Assembly: GCA_900755035.1 (NCBI GenBank)
Contig: CAAEEZ010000017.1
Coordinates: 329,066-393,065 of the forward strand
Length of the DNA: 64,000 nucleotides
From: Clostridia bacterium
Lineage (GTDB): Bacteria > Bacillota > Clostridia > Christensenellales > CAAEEZ01
Direction of reading: 5' to 3'
The position numbers and the translations under genes were made by a program. The notes beneath the pieces are model-generated. The model was given only the letters and a program-made list of their open reading frames with translations. It ran no database searches and was not told where the DNA came from. Below are positions 26,638 through 35,684 of the stretch, one piece after another; the stretch's first letter is position 1; each line of letters opens with the position of its first letter.

Positions 26638-26703
26638 TTTTTCCTCGTATTTAAATTAGTTTTATTTATTATAACAAATAGATACGCTATTTGCAATTAT
26701 TAG

Positions 26704-27564
26704 TTATTGATTTGTAAATTTTCCGTTTAATCCTGCGTATATTGCGCCGAAAAATCCCGCTTTGTTTCTAAGCGTAGCAGGCACTACGTTATCCACCTTG
26801 TCGGTTAAATCTTTTAGCCAATATTGTTTTAACTCGACAAGCCCACCGCCAACCACTATTACGTCTGGGCTATACAGCTTTTTTGCCTCGTTTATCACCT
26901 TTTCAAAATCCAAAATAAACTCCGCAATTTCTTTTTCGTACTTAGCCTTATTTTCCATTACGAAGGTAAGGTCGTCGTTATTTACGCTTTTCTTTAAGCC
27001 GTTTGCCGATACGTAACACTCGGCGCAACCGTTTTTGCCACAAAAACATTTTCTGCCGTTTTCGTGAAGTGTATAGTGCCCTAGCCTTACGTCTATAACC
27101 GAAGTTTCGTCAAGTTTATCGTTTACTAATACCGACGAACCAAGCCCCGTACCCAAAGTCAGCATCATCACCTTGCCTTTTAGGTTGGAAAAATATGCTT
27201 CGCCAATAAGTGCTGCAACGGCGTCGTTAATCACGATTACACGACTTCCTATCCTTTTAGTAAGTTCTTTGGATATTTCAAGCCCCGTAAAACCCATCAA
27301 AGCGTCGGTTGCATAGGTAACTACGCCCGTATTCCAATCAATAGTACCTGCGCTACTTACGTATACGCCGTAAATTTCAGCCGAGTAAAACCTTCTAATA
27401 GCCTTCTCCACGTTCAAAAGTATCACTTCCCTGCCTTTATCACCCTGTGTTGCCACCCAAAAGGTATCAACTACTTCATAGCTACGTATATCGCTAGCGT
27501 TCTCCACCTTGACAAGCGCACTTTTAATGCCCGTTCCACCTATATCTACGCCAACTACTAGCAT
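26704..27564 (-). CDS. nanK: ROK-family sugar kinase, probable N-acetylmannosamine kinase
   Basis: VGVDIGGTGIK is the ATP-binding motif. The ROK zinc motif is CFCGKNGCAEC. The gene overlaps nanE by 7 nt. Confidence 0.8.
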   Translation of the reverse strand: MLVVGVDIGGTGIKSALVKVENASDIRSYEVVDTFWVATQGDKGREVILLNVEKAIRRFYSAEIYGVYVSSAGTIDWNTGVVTYATDALMGFTGLEISKELTKRIGSRVIVINDAVAALIGEAYFSNLKGKVMMLTLGTGLGSSVLVNDKLDETSVIDVRLGHYTLHENGRKCFCGKNGCAECYVSANGLKKSVNNDDLTFVMENKAKYEKEIAEFILDFEKVINEAKKLYSPDVIVVGGGLVELKQYWLKDLTDKVDNVVPATLRNKAGFFGAIYAGLNGKFTNQ

Positions 27565-28238
27565 AAATTCATAACCTCGCTAAAACGCTTAGTAATATCT
27601 TTTGGTCTTGTAATACTGCTACCTATAACCACGGCGTACACACCCGTTTTGCACACTTTTTCAAGTTGACCTCTTTCCCAAATGCCACCCTCAGCAATAA
27701 TCTTGCGATTAGGAAAATCATTTACTAGTTTTGCCAAAAAGTCGTAGTCGGGTATTTCGATTCCCTTAGTTTTTTCGGTATATCCACGCATTGTAGAACC
27801 TATGTAGTCAAAGCCAAGTTTGTCAGCAGTAACTGCGTCGTCGTAGTCGGAGCAATCCGCCATAATTTCTACTTCTGGCTTGTTTTCTCTTATATATTTT
27901 ACCAAATCTTCTAGTTTTTCACCGTTTGGGCGTTCTCTTCCCGTGCAGTCAAGCGCTATAACTTGGCAATCAGTCTTTTCAAGTAAGTCCTTTACTTCCT
28001 TTATAGTAGGGGTAATATATACGTCGCTACCTTCGTAAACTGCTTTGATAATGCCTATAACAGGTACGCTAACCTCGTTCATAATAGCGTTTATATCCTC
28101 TACGTAATTTGCTCTTATGCCTTTTGCCCCACCTTCAACGGCAGCGTAAGCAAAATGATGCATTAAATTTTTGCCGTACAACGGCTCGCCTTTAACTGCT
28201 TGGCAAGAAACGATAAGTCCTCTTTGTAAATTTGCCAT
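27558..28238 (-). CDS. nanE: N-acetylmannosamine-6-phosphate 2-epimerase
   Basis: MANLQRGLIVSCQAVKGEPLY...GAKGIRAN...IIAEGGI matches NanE. An AAAGGAGAAG RBS precedes the ATG at 28238. That ATG overlaps the sialidase stop (TAATG). The track start is 28259. Confidence 0.88.
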   Translation of the reverse strand: MANLQRGLIVSCQAVKGEPLYGKNLMHHFAYAAVEGGAKGIRANYVEDINAIMNEVSVPVIGIIKAVYEGSDVYITPTIKEVKDLLEKTDCQVIALDCTGRERPNGEKLEDLVKYIRENKPEVEIMADCSDYDDAVTADKLGFDYIGSTMRGYTEKTKGIEIPDYDFLAKLVNDFPNRKIIAEGGIWERGQLEKVCKTGVYAVVIGSSITRPKDITKRFSEVMNLC

Positions 28239-29527
28239 TATTCTTCTCCTTTTATCCATTTAGTAGTAATCGTCGTAAACTCTATTGCTTCGTGCATAGT
28301 AGACCCTTCGTAAAGTACGCCTATTTCACCGTTTGGCATCATCGTCATAGAACTATACACGAATTCGCCTTCCGTAAGCACCCTAGAATACGGGAAAGTT
28401 TCGCCGTAGTCGTAAGATAGTCTTACCACGCCGTTTTTCCTAGCCTTCGTGTCGGCAGCGTTCAAGAAGACGGTTGCTTCGCCCTTTTCGTCCTTAACGT
28501 TAATAACGCTACATTGACAAATGCAATGAGTAAGTTGTTCTTGATATTTAACGTCCTGCCAACTTTCACCACCGTCACAACTTATCGCCGTCAAAATCCT
28601 ACGTTTTGGATTGTGATTACGCATAAATATTTTTAGGTCGCCGTTAGGTAATTCTATTACTTGGCTTTCGGTTATCATATCGTTTGGCATTACGAATTTT
28701 TCGTTTACCTTGTAAAACAATACTTTACGTTTATCGTTTGGCGATTTGCCCCTATGCCACGTCTTGCCTTGGTCGTCGCTGTAAATTACTGCGTTAGACA
28801 GCATAAGTATTCTTCCGCCAGCCGTGTTGTAATAGATAGGGAAAATATATCTGCCTTTATATTTGCCGTTTTTTATTACGATACCCGTTCCCGGTCCTGC
28901 GCCGATAAAACTCATATATTTTTCTTTTACTTGGTTATTTAGGCATACGGGCTCGCTCCACGTTGCGCCGTCGTCAAAACTAGATTGAATATACAAAAAG
29001 AAAGTATTTTTTTCCTTGTATTTGCCGTCCCTTTCGTAGATGTTGCCAAGGCTTTCCTCACCGCTAGTAACGTTGCCCTTTTCGTCCACTTTTGCTACTA
29101 CTTCGCCGTCCATTATTACTTCGCCGTCCTTTACGTAGCCTTCTTTTTTGCCGTCATAAACTAACCTATATCCCTCTTTCGTTTCGCCTATACCTTTACT
29201 ACTAGCCAAAATGCCAACGCCAGCAGGAGTATGCGTGTATATCATAAATATGCCGTTAGTTTCCTCGTCGTACAACATACAAGCGTCGATACTTGACGAA
29301 GATGTCATCTTTGCCTTTCCTACTTCTTCCTTAACTACTATCACGTCTTGCCACGTTTTACCGCTGTCAAACGACCTACGAACTACCTTGCCAATTAGGT
29401 TTGGATTGTCGCCACCACCGTACCATCTTTCGTCACAGCAAGCAACCACTACGCCGTTTTTAGTAGTAATAATAGAAGGCACCCTATAATTACCCGCTCT
29501 ATTTAATTCTTTTGAAAAAATTTGCAT
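28238..29527 (-). CDS. nanH: Exo-alpha-sialidase (GH33), no signal peptide
   Basis: YRVPSIITT is a RIP-type motif. Four Asp boxes are present: SFDSGKTW, SFDDGATW, SDDQGKTW and SCDGGESW. The N-terminus MQIFSKELNRAGNY is not hydrophobic. Confidence 0.88.
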   Translation of the reverse strand: MQIFSKELNRAGNYRVPSIITTKNGVVVACCDERWYGGGDNPNLIGKVVRRSFDSGKTWQDVIVVKEEVGKAKMTSSSSIDACMLYDEETNGIFMIYTHTPAGVGILASSKGIGETKEGYRLVYDGKKEGYVKDGEVIMDGEVVAKVDEKGNVTSGEESLGNIYERDGKYKEKNTFFLYIQSSFDDGATWSEPVCLNNQVKEKYMSFIGAGPGTGIVIKNGKYKGRYIFPIYYNTAGGRILMLSNAVIYSDDQGKTWHRGKSPNDKRKVLFYKVNEKFVMPNDMITESQVIELPNGDLKIFMRNHNPKRRILTAISCDGGESWQDVKYQEQLTHCICQCSVINVKDEKGEATVFLNAADTKARKNGVVRLSYDYGETFPYSRVLTEGEFVYSSMTMMPNGEIGVLYEGSTMHEAIEFTTITTKWIKGEE

Positions 29528-29707
29528 ATTTCACCTCTTATATACTCTTTAATAATATTGTAGCATAGACAAAAAGAAAAAAACAGCAAAAACATATATT
29601 ACCTACCATTTTCACACAAATAATTTTAGAAAATTTCTTTTTTATATGCAATATCAATAAAAACAGCGTTTTTCAAAAAAAAACAGTTCCTATTTTGAAC
29701 AAAACCC

Positions 29708-29736
29708 TTGAATGTGATCACATATTATTGTATAAT
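29708..29736 (+). promoter_or_regulatory. SigA-type promoter of the GPH transporter gene with an embedded 12-bp palindrome ATGTGATCACAT
   Basis: TTGAAT (29708-29713), a 17-nt spacer, then TATAAT (29731-29736). The palindrome at 29712-29723 sits in the spacer. Confidence 0.6.
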
Positions 29737-29766
29737 TGTACTATTAGTTAATTTTATGAGGTTATA

Positions 29767-31629
29767 ATGGGAAAATTAAAGGAACTTGTTAACAAGGGTG
29801 TTGGCATGTTAAAGGACGTTAAAACGTACTGGAAAACGCCAAAACCAGGCAACTATCTTAGTTTCAAAGAAGCCGCTGCCTACTGTATAGGTGGTATGGG
29901 CGTCGTGGGTGCGTCGGTTATTCCAACCTACGTTACCTTAGCAGCAGGACAATACGTTGCGGCTGCGCTTAAAATCAAAGTAGACGATATATTCCTAATA
30001 GGTATTATTACTACTATTATTACTATACTTCGTTCTCCGCTTTGTAGTTGGCTTATTGATAATACGAGGTCTAGGTTTGGTAAATTCCGTCCATATCTAA
30101 TTTGGATGCCGATACCTATCATTGCCTGTTTGTTCTTGCTTGGTTGGATACCGTATGCATTACAAGGCAGTTACGTAGCGATGCTCGTCGTCTTTACGTT
30201 AATATTTAATTTGCTGCAATTCTTCTTGCAACTCTACACGTTGTCATTCAACAGTCTGCTACAAGTTATTTCTCCAAAGCAATCGGAAAAAGAAATGCTA
30301 ATGAGTTTTGGCTCGGTAGTATACTCTCTTGGACCATCGGTTGTTAACTTTATCTTCCCGTTACTTGCAAACGTTATGTTTACCATCGGCGCAGGCGACA
30401 ATAAGATAATGGGTGTAAATACGATAGGACCTTATCAATGGCTACTACCGTTAATTATGTGTATTTGTATGGCGCTTGGTTACCTAACCGCTTTTGGCAC
30501 AAAAGAAAGAATAGTTACTAGCAAAAAATACGTTCAAAAGGTTAAATTCTTTGATGGCGTAAAAAAGACGGTTAAAAACAAATATTTCTGGATTATAAAC
30601 CTTAGTACAGCAATCGGTGTATTTAAGCTTGTAGGTACTACCTTCGTAGTTTGGATTTGCAGTTATCTAATTAAAGAAGATTGGGCGCAAAGCGTATTCA
30701 CTACTCTTATGGGCTCTGCGTGCTTACCCGGTATGTTACTTGCCCCTATCTTAATTAAAAAGTTCGGCAAGAAAAACCTAATCTTATTTAGTAATATATT
30801 TGCAGTAATTCTTACCGCAATTATGGCAGGACTATGCGCAGCCCCAGGCTCGGCATCTGCATATATAATGCTACTGTTCTCGTTCCTAATCACTATGGTA
30901 AACGCAGTACAAGTAGTAACGACCCCTGCTATCGGCGCTCAAATGTACGACTATCAACAATACAAAACGGGCGATAGACTAGAAGGCTTTATCTCCCAAT
31001 TCGGTATAATCATTACTAGCGCAATCGGTATCGGTACTGCCTACGTACTACCTTTTATTCAAAAGCACTTTGGCTACACCGAAGACCCTGCCGTTCTTGC
31101 GCAAACTAGCGTAATATACCCTATCATAATGTATAGTTGCATAGCAGGTATTATATCGGGCGTACTTGCAACGATTCCGTTCTTCTTCTGGGATCTAAGC
31201 GAAAAACGTCACGAAAGCGTTGTAGAAATACTAAAAGTTCGTGCGCTTAAAGAAGACAAACAACTAACTGACGAAACGGCAACCGAACTTGAAGCAAAAC
31301 TTGAAAAAGGCGAAAATAACGCACTTACCGAATATCTACAAACTACTAAGCTTGCCGAGGCTGAAGAATACATCTCAATACAAGAGAACGTAAACGTCGA
31401 CAGCGTAATTCCTGAGGGCGTGATACAAGCAGAAGTATGCATTGTAAACGTGGACATTGACGACTCGTCAAGAATAACTAACGAACTTCTTAACGACACC
31501 GAAAACACAGTTATAGAAGAAACGTTAGTATACGCGCCTACAAACGACGACGTTGAGATTGCTACCGAGCCAGCCGATACTGAAATAACGGAAAGCGATA
31601 CTGCTAGCGAAAGCAATAAGGACGAATAA
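29767..31629 (+). CDS. MFS transporter of the glycoside-pentoside-hexuronide (GPH) type with a ~140-aa acidic C-terminal tail
   Basis: The GPH loop signature is IDNTRSRFGKFRPYLIW. There are about 12 TM segments. The tail (31198-31629) is rich in E, D, T and N. Confidence 0.8.
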   Translation: MGKLKELVNKGVGMLKDVKTYWKTPKPGNYLSFKEAAAYCIGGMGVVGASVIPTYVTLAAGQYVAAALKIKVDDIFLIGIITTIITILRSPLCSWLIDNTRSRFGKFRPYLIWMPIPIIACLFLLGWIPYALQGSYVAMLVVFTLIFNLLQFFLQLYTLSFNSLLQVISPKQSEKEMLMSFGSVVYSLGPSVVNFIFPLLANVMFTIGAGDNKIMGVNTIGPYQWLLPLIMCICMALGYLTAFGTKERIVTSKKYVQKVKFFDGVKKTVKNKYFWIINLSTAIGVFKLVGTTFVVWICSYLIKEDWAQSVFTTLMGSACLPGMLLAPILIKKFGKKNLILFSNIFAVILTAIMAGLCAAPGSASAYIMLLFSFLITMVNAVQVVTTPAIGAQMYDYQQYKTGDRLEGFISQFGIIITSAIGIGTAYVLPFIQKHFGYTEDPAVLAQTSVIYPIIMYSCIAGIISGVLATIPFFFWDLSEKRHESVVEILKVRALKEDKQLTDETATELEAKLEKGENNALTEYLQTTKLAEAEEYISIQENVNVDSVIPEGVIQAEVCIVNVDIDDSSRITNELLNDTENTVIEETLVYAPTNDDVEIATEPADTEITESDTASESNKDE

Positions 31630-31640
31630 AAAAGCAAATT

Positions 31641-31670
31641 AAAAGCGGGCCAACTACCCGCTTTTATTTT
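31641..31670 (+). terminator. Rho-independent terminator after the GPH transporter
   Basis: Stem aaaagcggg / cccgctttt (31641-31649 and 31657-31665) followed by a T-rich run. Confidence 0.8.
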
Positions 31671-32218
31671 ACGCAAAAATCTTTTTTGCAACGCTAATTA
31701 TTTCATTTTCAAAGTTACTTAGTTCGATTTTTCTATCACTTCTAGTAAGCAATTAAAAATACAAAGTTTACAACGTGCTAGCCTAATTTTGAATAACATA
31801 TACCATATATTATTTACGATTATAAACCGCTCTTTTTTCTAACGTATGAATTAACAATTTTTCTACTTTCAAAATTATGCTTTATCCAAGTAGCAACGTT
31901 TTCTAACCAAACTATTATCATTTATTCTTTTAATATTGCACAATGTCTATATTTACGATACCATATATACGTTTTGAATTTTTTATCGCAAACTGCAAAT
32001 TATATACTAGAAAGAAACTTTATTACTAAAAACACTTAAAACAAAAAAAAATTATTAAAAAACCGAGAAATCCTACAAGTGATGAAATATTTTTGCATAA
32101 AATCTAAAATACCAAAATATTTTTGCCTTATGCCGTATATTTGATAATTATTACAAAACATATTAAATAATTCGGCTCTATTTTAATATTTTTTTTGGTT
32201 TTTGACTTTTTAATTTTG

Positions 32219-32247
32219 TTGACATATCCACTATCGCTTCTTATAAT
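32219..32247 (+). promoter_or_regulatory. Consensus SigA promoter for gdhA
   Basis: TTGACA (32219-32224), a 17-nt spacer, then TATAAT (32242-32247). Confidence 0.7.
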
Positions 32248-32293
32248 AAATATAAAAGAATTATATAGGATTGAAATTTATTTGGAGGATAAA

Positions 32294-33643
32294 ATGTCTG
32301 GTTACATTGACGAAGTAATAAAAGCAACTGAGGAAGCCAACCCTTTTCAACCGGAATTTATGCAAACGGTAAAAGAAGTACTAACCTCCTTATCGCCGAT
32401 AATAAATGCGAACGAAGAATTATACAGAAAAAGAGCAATTCTTGAAAGAATTGTCGAACCTGAAAGGCAAATCATTTTTAGAGTTCCTTGGACCGACGAC
32501 AAAGGCAATGCGCACATAAACCGTGGATATCGTGTGCAATTCAACAGTGCAATAGGACCTTATAAAGGCGGTCTACGTTTCCAAAAGAACGTAAATTTAA
32601 GCATAATCAAGTTTTTGGGCTTTGAACAAGTATTCAAAAACAGCCTAACAGGACTACCTATGGGTGGCGGTAAAGGTGGTAGCGATTTTGACCCTAACGG
32701 CAAATCCGACGACGAAATAATGCGTTTTTGCCAAAGTTTTATGACCGAGTTATACCGTCATATCGGCCCTAGCGTAGACGTACCTGCCGGCGATATGGGT
32801 GTTGGTGGTAGAGAAATTGGCTACTTGTTTGGTCAATACAAACGTATTAGAGATTCTTACGACAACGGCGTACTAACCGGTAAAGGCAAATCGTACGGCG
32901 GTAGTAGAATTCGTCCTGAGGCAACGGGATTTGGTGCAACCTACTTCTTGTGCGAAGTGCTTGCCCATCAAAAAGAAAGCATACAAGGCAAAACCTTCTG
33001 CTTGTCGGGTTTTGGCAACGTAGCGTGGGGCTCGGCTAAAAAAATTGCCGAACTTGGCGGAAAGGTAATCACCCTAAGCGGTCCTGACGGCTATATATTA
33101 GATATGGACGGCGTAAGCGGTGAAAAGATAGACTATATGCTAGAAATGCGTGCAAGCGGTAGAAACGTAGTTAAAGACTACGCAGACAAATTCGGCGTAC
33201 CGTTCTTTGAAGGTCAAAAACCTTGGGGCAACGTAAAAGCGGATATATATATGCCTTGCGCTATGCAAAACGAAATAAACATTGACGACGCTAAAAAAAT
33301 GGTGGAAATGGGCATTAAATACTTAAACGAAGTATCGAATATGCCAACCACTAACGAAGCAATGGAGTATTTGCAAGAAAACGGCGTAATCGTATGCCCT
33401 AGCAAAGCAGTAAACGCAGGTGGCGTAGCAGTATCGGGACTAGAAATGTCGCAAAACAGCGAAAGAATGTCGTGGACGGCTGAAAAGGTGGATAAAGAAT
33501 TACAAAAAATAATGAAAAATATCCACTCTCAAATCGTAAAAGTTTTGAAAAAATACAACCTTGGTTACAACCTCGTTGCAGGCGCTAACCTAGCAGGCTT
33601 CCAAAAGGTAGCGGACGCTATGCTTGCGCAAGGATTAGTATAA
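32294..33643 (+). CDS. gdhA: NAD(P)-specific glutamate dehydrogenase
   Basis: MSGYIDEVIKATEEANPFQPEF...FRVPWTDDKGN...GPYKGGLRF...GGGKGGSDFDP matches GdhA. A GGAGGA RBS precedes the ATG at 32294. The track start at 32195 lies in AT-rich non-coding-like sequence. Confidence 0.92.
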   Translation: MSGYIDEVIKATEEANPFQPEFMQTVKEVLTSLSPIINANEELYRKRAILERIVEPERQIIFRVPWTDDKGNAHINRGYRVQFNSAIGPYKGGLRFQKNVNLSIIKFLGFEQVFKNSLTGLPMGGGKGGSDFDPNGKSDDEIMRFCQSFMTELYRHIGPSVDVPAGDMGVGGREIGYLFGQYKRIRDSYDNGVLTGKGKSYGGSRIRPEATGFGATYFLCEVLAHQKESIQGKTFCLSGFGNVAWGSAKKIAELGGKVITLSGPDGYILDMDGVSGEKIDYMLEMRASGRNVVKDYADKFGVPFFEGQKPWGNVKADIYMPCAMQNEINIDDAKKMVEMGIKYLNEVSNMPTTNEAMEYLQENGVIVCPSKAVNAGGVAVSGLEMSQNSERMSWTAEKVDKELQKIMKNIHSQIVKVLKKYNLGYNLVAGANLAGFQKVADAMLAQGLV

Positions 33644-33674
33644 TTTCAAAATTACACCTAATATAACTAAATCT

Positions 33675-33710
33675 AAAAAACAGCCTTGAATTTTTCAAGG
33701 CTGTTTTTTT
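33675..33710. terminator. Bidirectional terminator after gdhA
   Basis: A6 run, stem cagccttgaa / ttcaaggctg, then a T7 run. Confidence 0.85.
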
Positions 33711-33742
33711 AATCTTATTATTTTAACTAATATTTACAAAAT

Positions 33743-34254
33743 TTATAAGGTAAATTCCCCTTCGTAAACCATAGACTTACCTATTGGTTTTCCGCTAAGT
33801 TTTACCAAAGTATCGTACCTAACAAAATGAAGTCCGCACTTTTCAAGTACTCTTCTTGACGCAATATTTTGCTCTGCAATATCAACTATAAATTTACGTG
33901 CCCCTAGCCCCAAAGCAAAACGAATAATCGCTTTTACAGCCTCGGTCGCATATTCGTTGTTCCAATACTCATAGGCGAGATTGTAACCGAAAGTATATTC
34001 TTCGTGCTGACCACTCTTTTTAAGGCTAATACTACCTATTAAGTTACCGTCGTTTTTAGTTGCGATACCAAATGCATATTCGTCAACAAGCATATTTACA
34101 CTTAAAATCCACTCTTTACTTGCTCTACGCTTTCGTAGGTATCGTACACCATATATTTAGATACTCTATCGTCGCCAAGCCACTTAAAAACGTCAGTAGC
34201 GTCTTGCTCGCTAAGTTCACTAAGTATCAATCGCTCGGTAATTATACGCTCCAT
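33743..34254 (-). pseudogene. GNAT-family N-acetyltransferase (RimJ/RimL-like) interrupted by a 1-nt frameshift
   Basis: The N-terminal frame from the ATG at 34254 is MERIITERLILSELSEQDATDVFKWLGDDRVSKYMVYDTYESVEQVKSGF*. The 116-aa frame extends upstream as ...KEWILSVNMLVDEYAFGIA.... The junction is at GTAAAGAGTGG (A3 at 34115-34117). The span is 512 nt, which is not a multiple of 3. Confidence 0.7.
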
Positions 34255-34280
34255 ATTTTCTTAAAACAAATTATCAAATA

Positions 34281-34772
34281 CTATTTTTTAACAAGCATTA
34301 GTACACCGTCAACAACGGCAAGAACGCCTAGTACGATAAATATTGCATCGGATAGTTCCCACTTAGAAACGATTAGAAGTACGCCTACAAGTAAAACTAC
34401 AAGTGGTACGATAATTGCTTTTGCAAGGGCAAATCCTTTTGCTGATTTAAGAATATTGATATTGCTAGCAAACAAGTAAATGCCGTAAATTACAGCGCAA
34501 ATACCTATAATTAATAGCGTAATATCAAGTATAGTCCAACCACACGTTATTACTACTATACCTACTGCCATATCCACTATGCCGATTGCATAATCTTTAT
34601 TTACAAGTTTTATAATGCCCACTACAATAAGTAACGCACCTACAATAGTAAACAATATGCTAAGCATACTAGAACGGAATATACAGAAAAGTACGCCGAT
34701 TAATATCATAGCAATAGCCGTTATAATATAACTATTGCTTGAAGATGTAATTTTTTTAGTATTATTACTCAT
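34281..34772 (-). CDS. HdeD/DUF308-like small polytopic membrane protein
   Basis: Repeated glycine-rich hydrophobic helices are present (ILIGVLFCIF..., IVGALLIVVGIIKLV, VGIVVITCGW, LLIGICAVIYGIYLF...). The start was chosen at MSNNTKK (34772) after a TAGGTGA RBS. The frame is open to 34892. Confidence 0.6.
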   Translation of the reverse strand: MSNNTKKITSSSNSYIITAIAMILIGVLFCIFRSSMLSILFTIVGALLIVVGIIKLVNKDYAIGIVDMAVGIVVITCGWTILDITLLIIGICAVIYGIYLFASNINILKSAKGFALAKAIIVPLVVLLVGVLLIVSKWELSDAIFIVLGVLAVVDGVLMLVKK

Positions 34773-35632
34773 ATTATCACCTACTAATATTATTTTTGTA
34801 TGTATTCTATACCTAGTAAAATCTTTTGTCAACGCTTTGATAAAAGTAAATGCAAATTTATTATTTTTAGCAACTATTCTAATATATGCCATTTTATAGA
34901 ATATGCTACACTATACTATATAAATACGCATAAATTTATAATACTTTACTATATGTTTTGCTATTTTTTATAATTATATTCAAATTTCACTATTCTATTT
35001 ATACTTTTTTTTGCACGATTTCACCTATAAGCAATATATCAAAATATATACGTAAATTCATATTTTCATATTTGTTTTTTTGAATATGTAGCTAGGTTTT
35101 ATTTCTCGTGCCGTATATACCTTATTGCCAATTACCTATTTTATTTTAATTGATATACCAACGAATATTGCATACCCCCTTCCCTTAATAGTGCACATAG
35201 CAATTAATTCATTTTGCGTTACCACGTACGACGCTCCATTTTACAAAATCACCCTGCTTTTGCGTGCACAATTATTTTGCCCATTTCGTTACTTACACGT
35301 AATGCAAGTCTTTTATTAGTAGCGTTATATGGTATATCTAATTTAACTACTCCACTTTACTATACGTTGCAATTTAACAATATATTGTTAATACAGTAGG
35401 AAAGCCTTACTTTACCTATTATTTGCCATTATTTTCGTCTATAACGGTAGTTTTAATATTAGTCGATACAATTTATAGTTACAAGTATATTAGCCTACGT
35501 GCGTCAAATACGAGCGAATTTTATTTATATCCAAACCATAATAGCAAGAATAACGTAATATTAAAAAAGTAACATTAAAAACAATAAAAATTACATTCGT
35601 TTACAAATACGTTAATTACGATAATAGTAACA

Positions 35633-35664
35633 ATAAAAAAAGCGACGAGAAAATCTCGTCGCTT
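35633..35664 (-). terminator. Rho-independent terminator after the 282-aa membrane protein gene
   Basis: Stem agcgacgag / ctcgtcgct (35641-35649 and 35655-35663), followed on the minus strand by T7. Confidence 0.8.
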
Positions 35665-35684
35665 TAATCGCTTTGATTTAGTTA

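Noticed and set aside
32082-32144. A 20-aa micro-ORF, MKYFCIKSKIPKYFCLMPYI, with an internal KYFC repeat upstream of gdhA.
   Set aside because: The peptide repeat is simply the translation of the 12-nt DNA direct repeat. There is no RBS. It is more plausibly a pair of protein-binding sites.
35125-35399. Track ORFs 35125..35319 and 35214..35399 (+) as genes filling the 790-nt gap.
   Set aside because: They have no RBS, they overlap each other in different frames, and their composition is implausible and motif-free. The region is reported as unexplained non-coding or decayed sequence instead.
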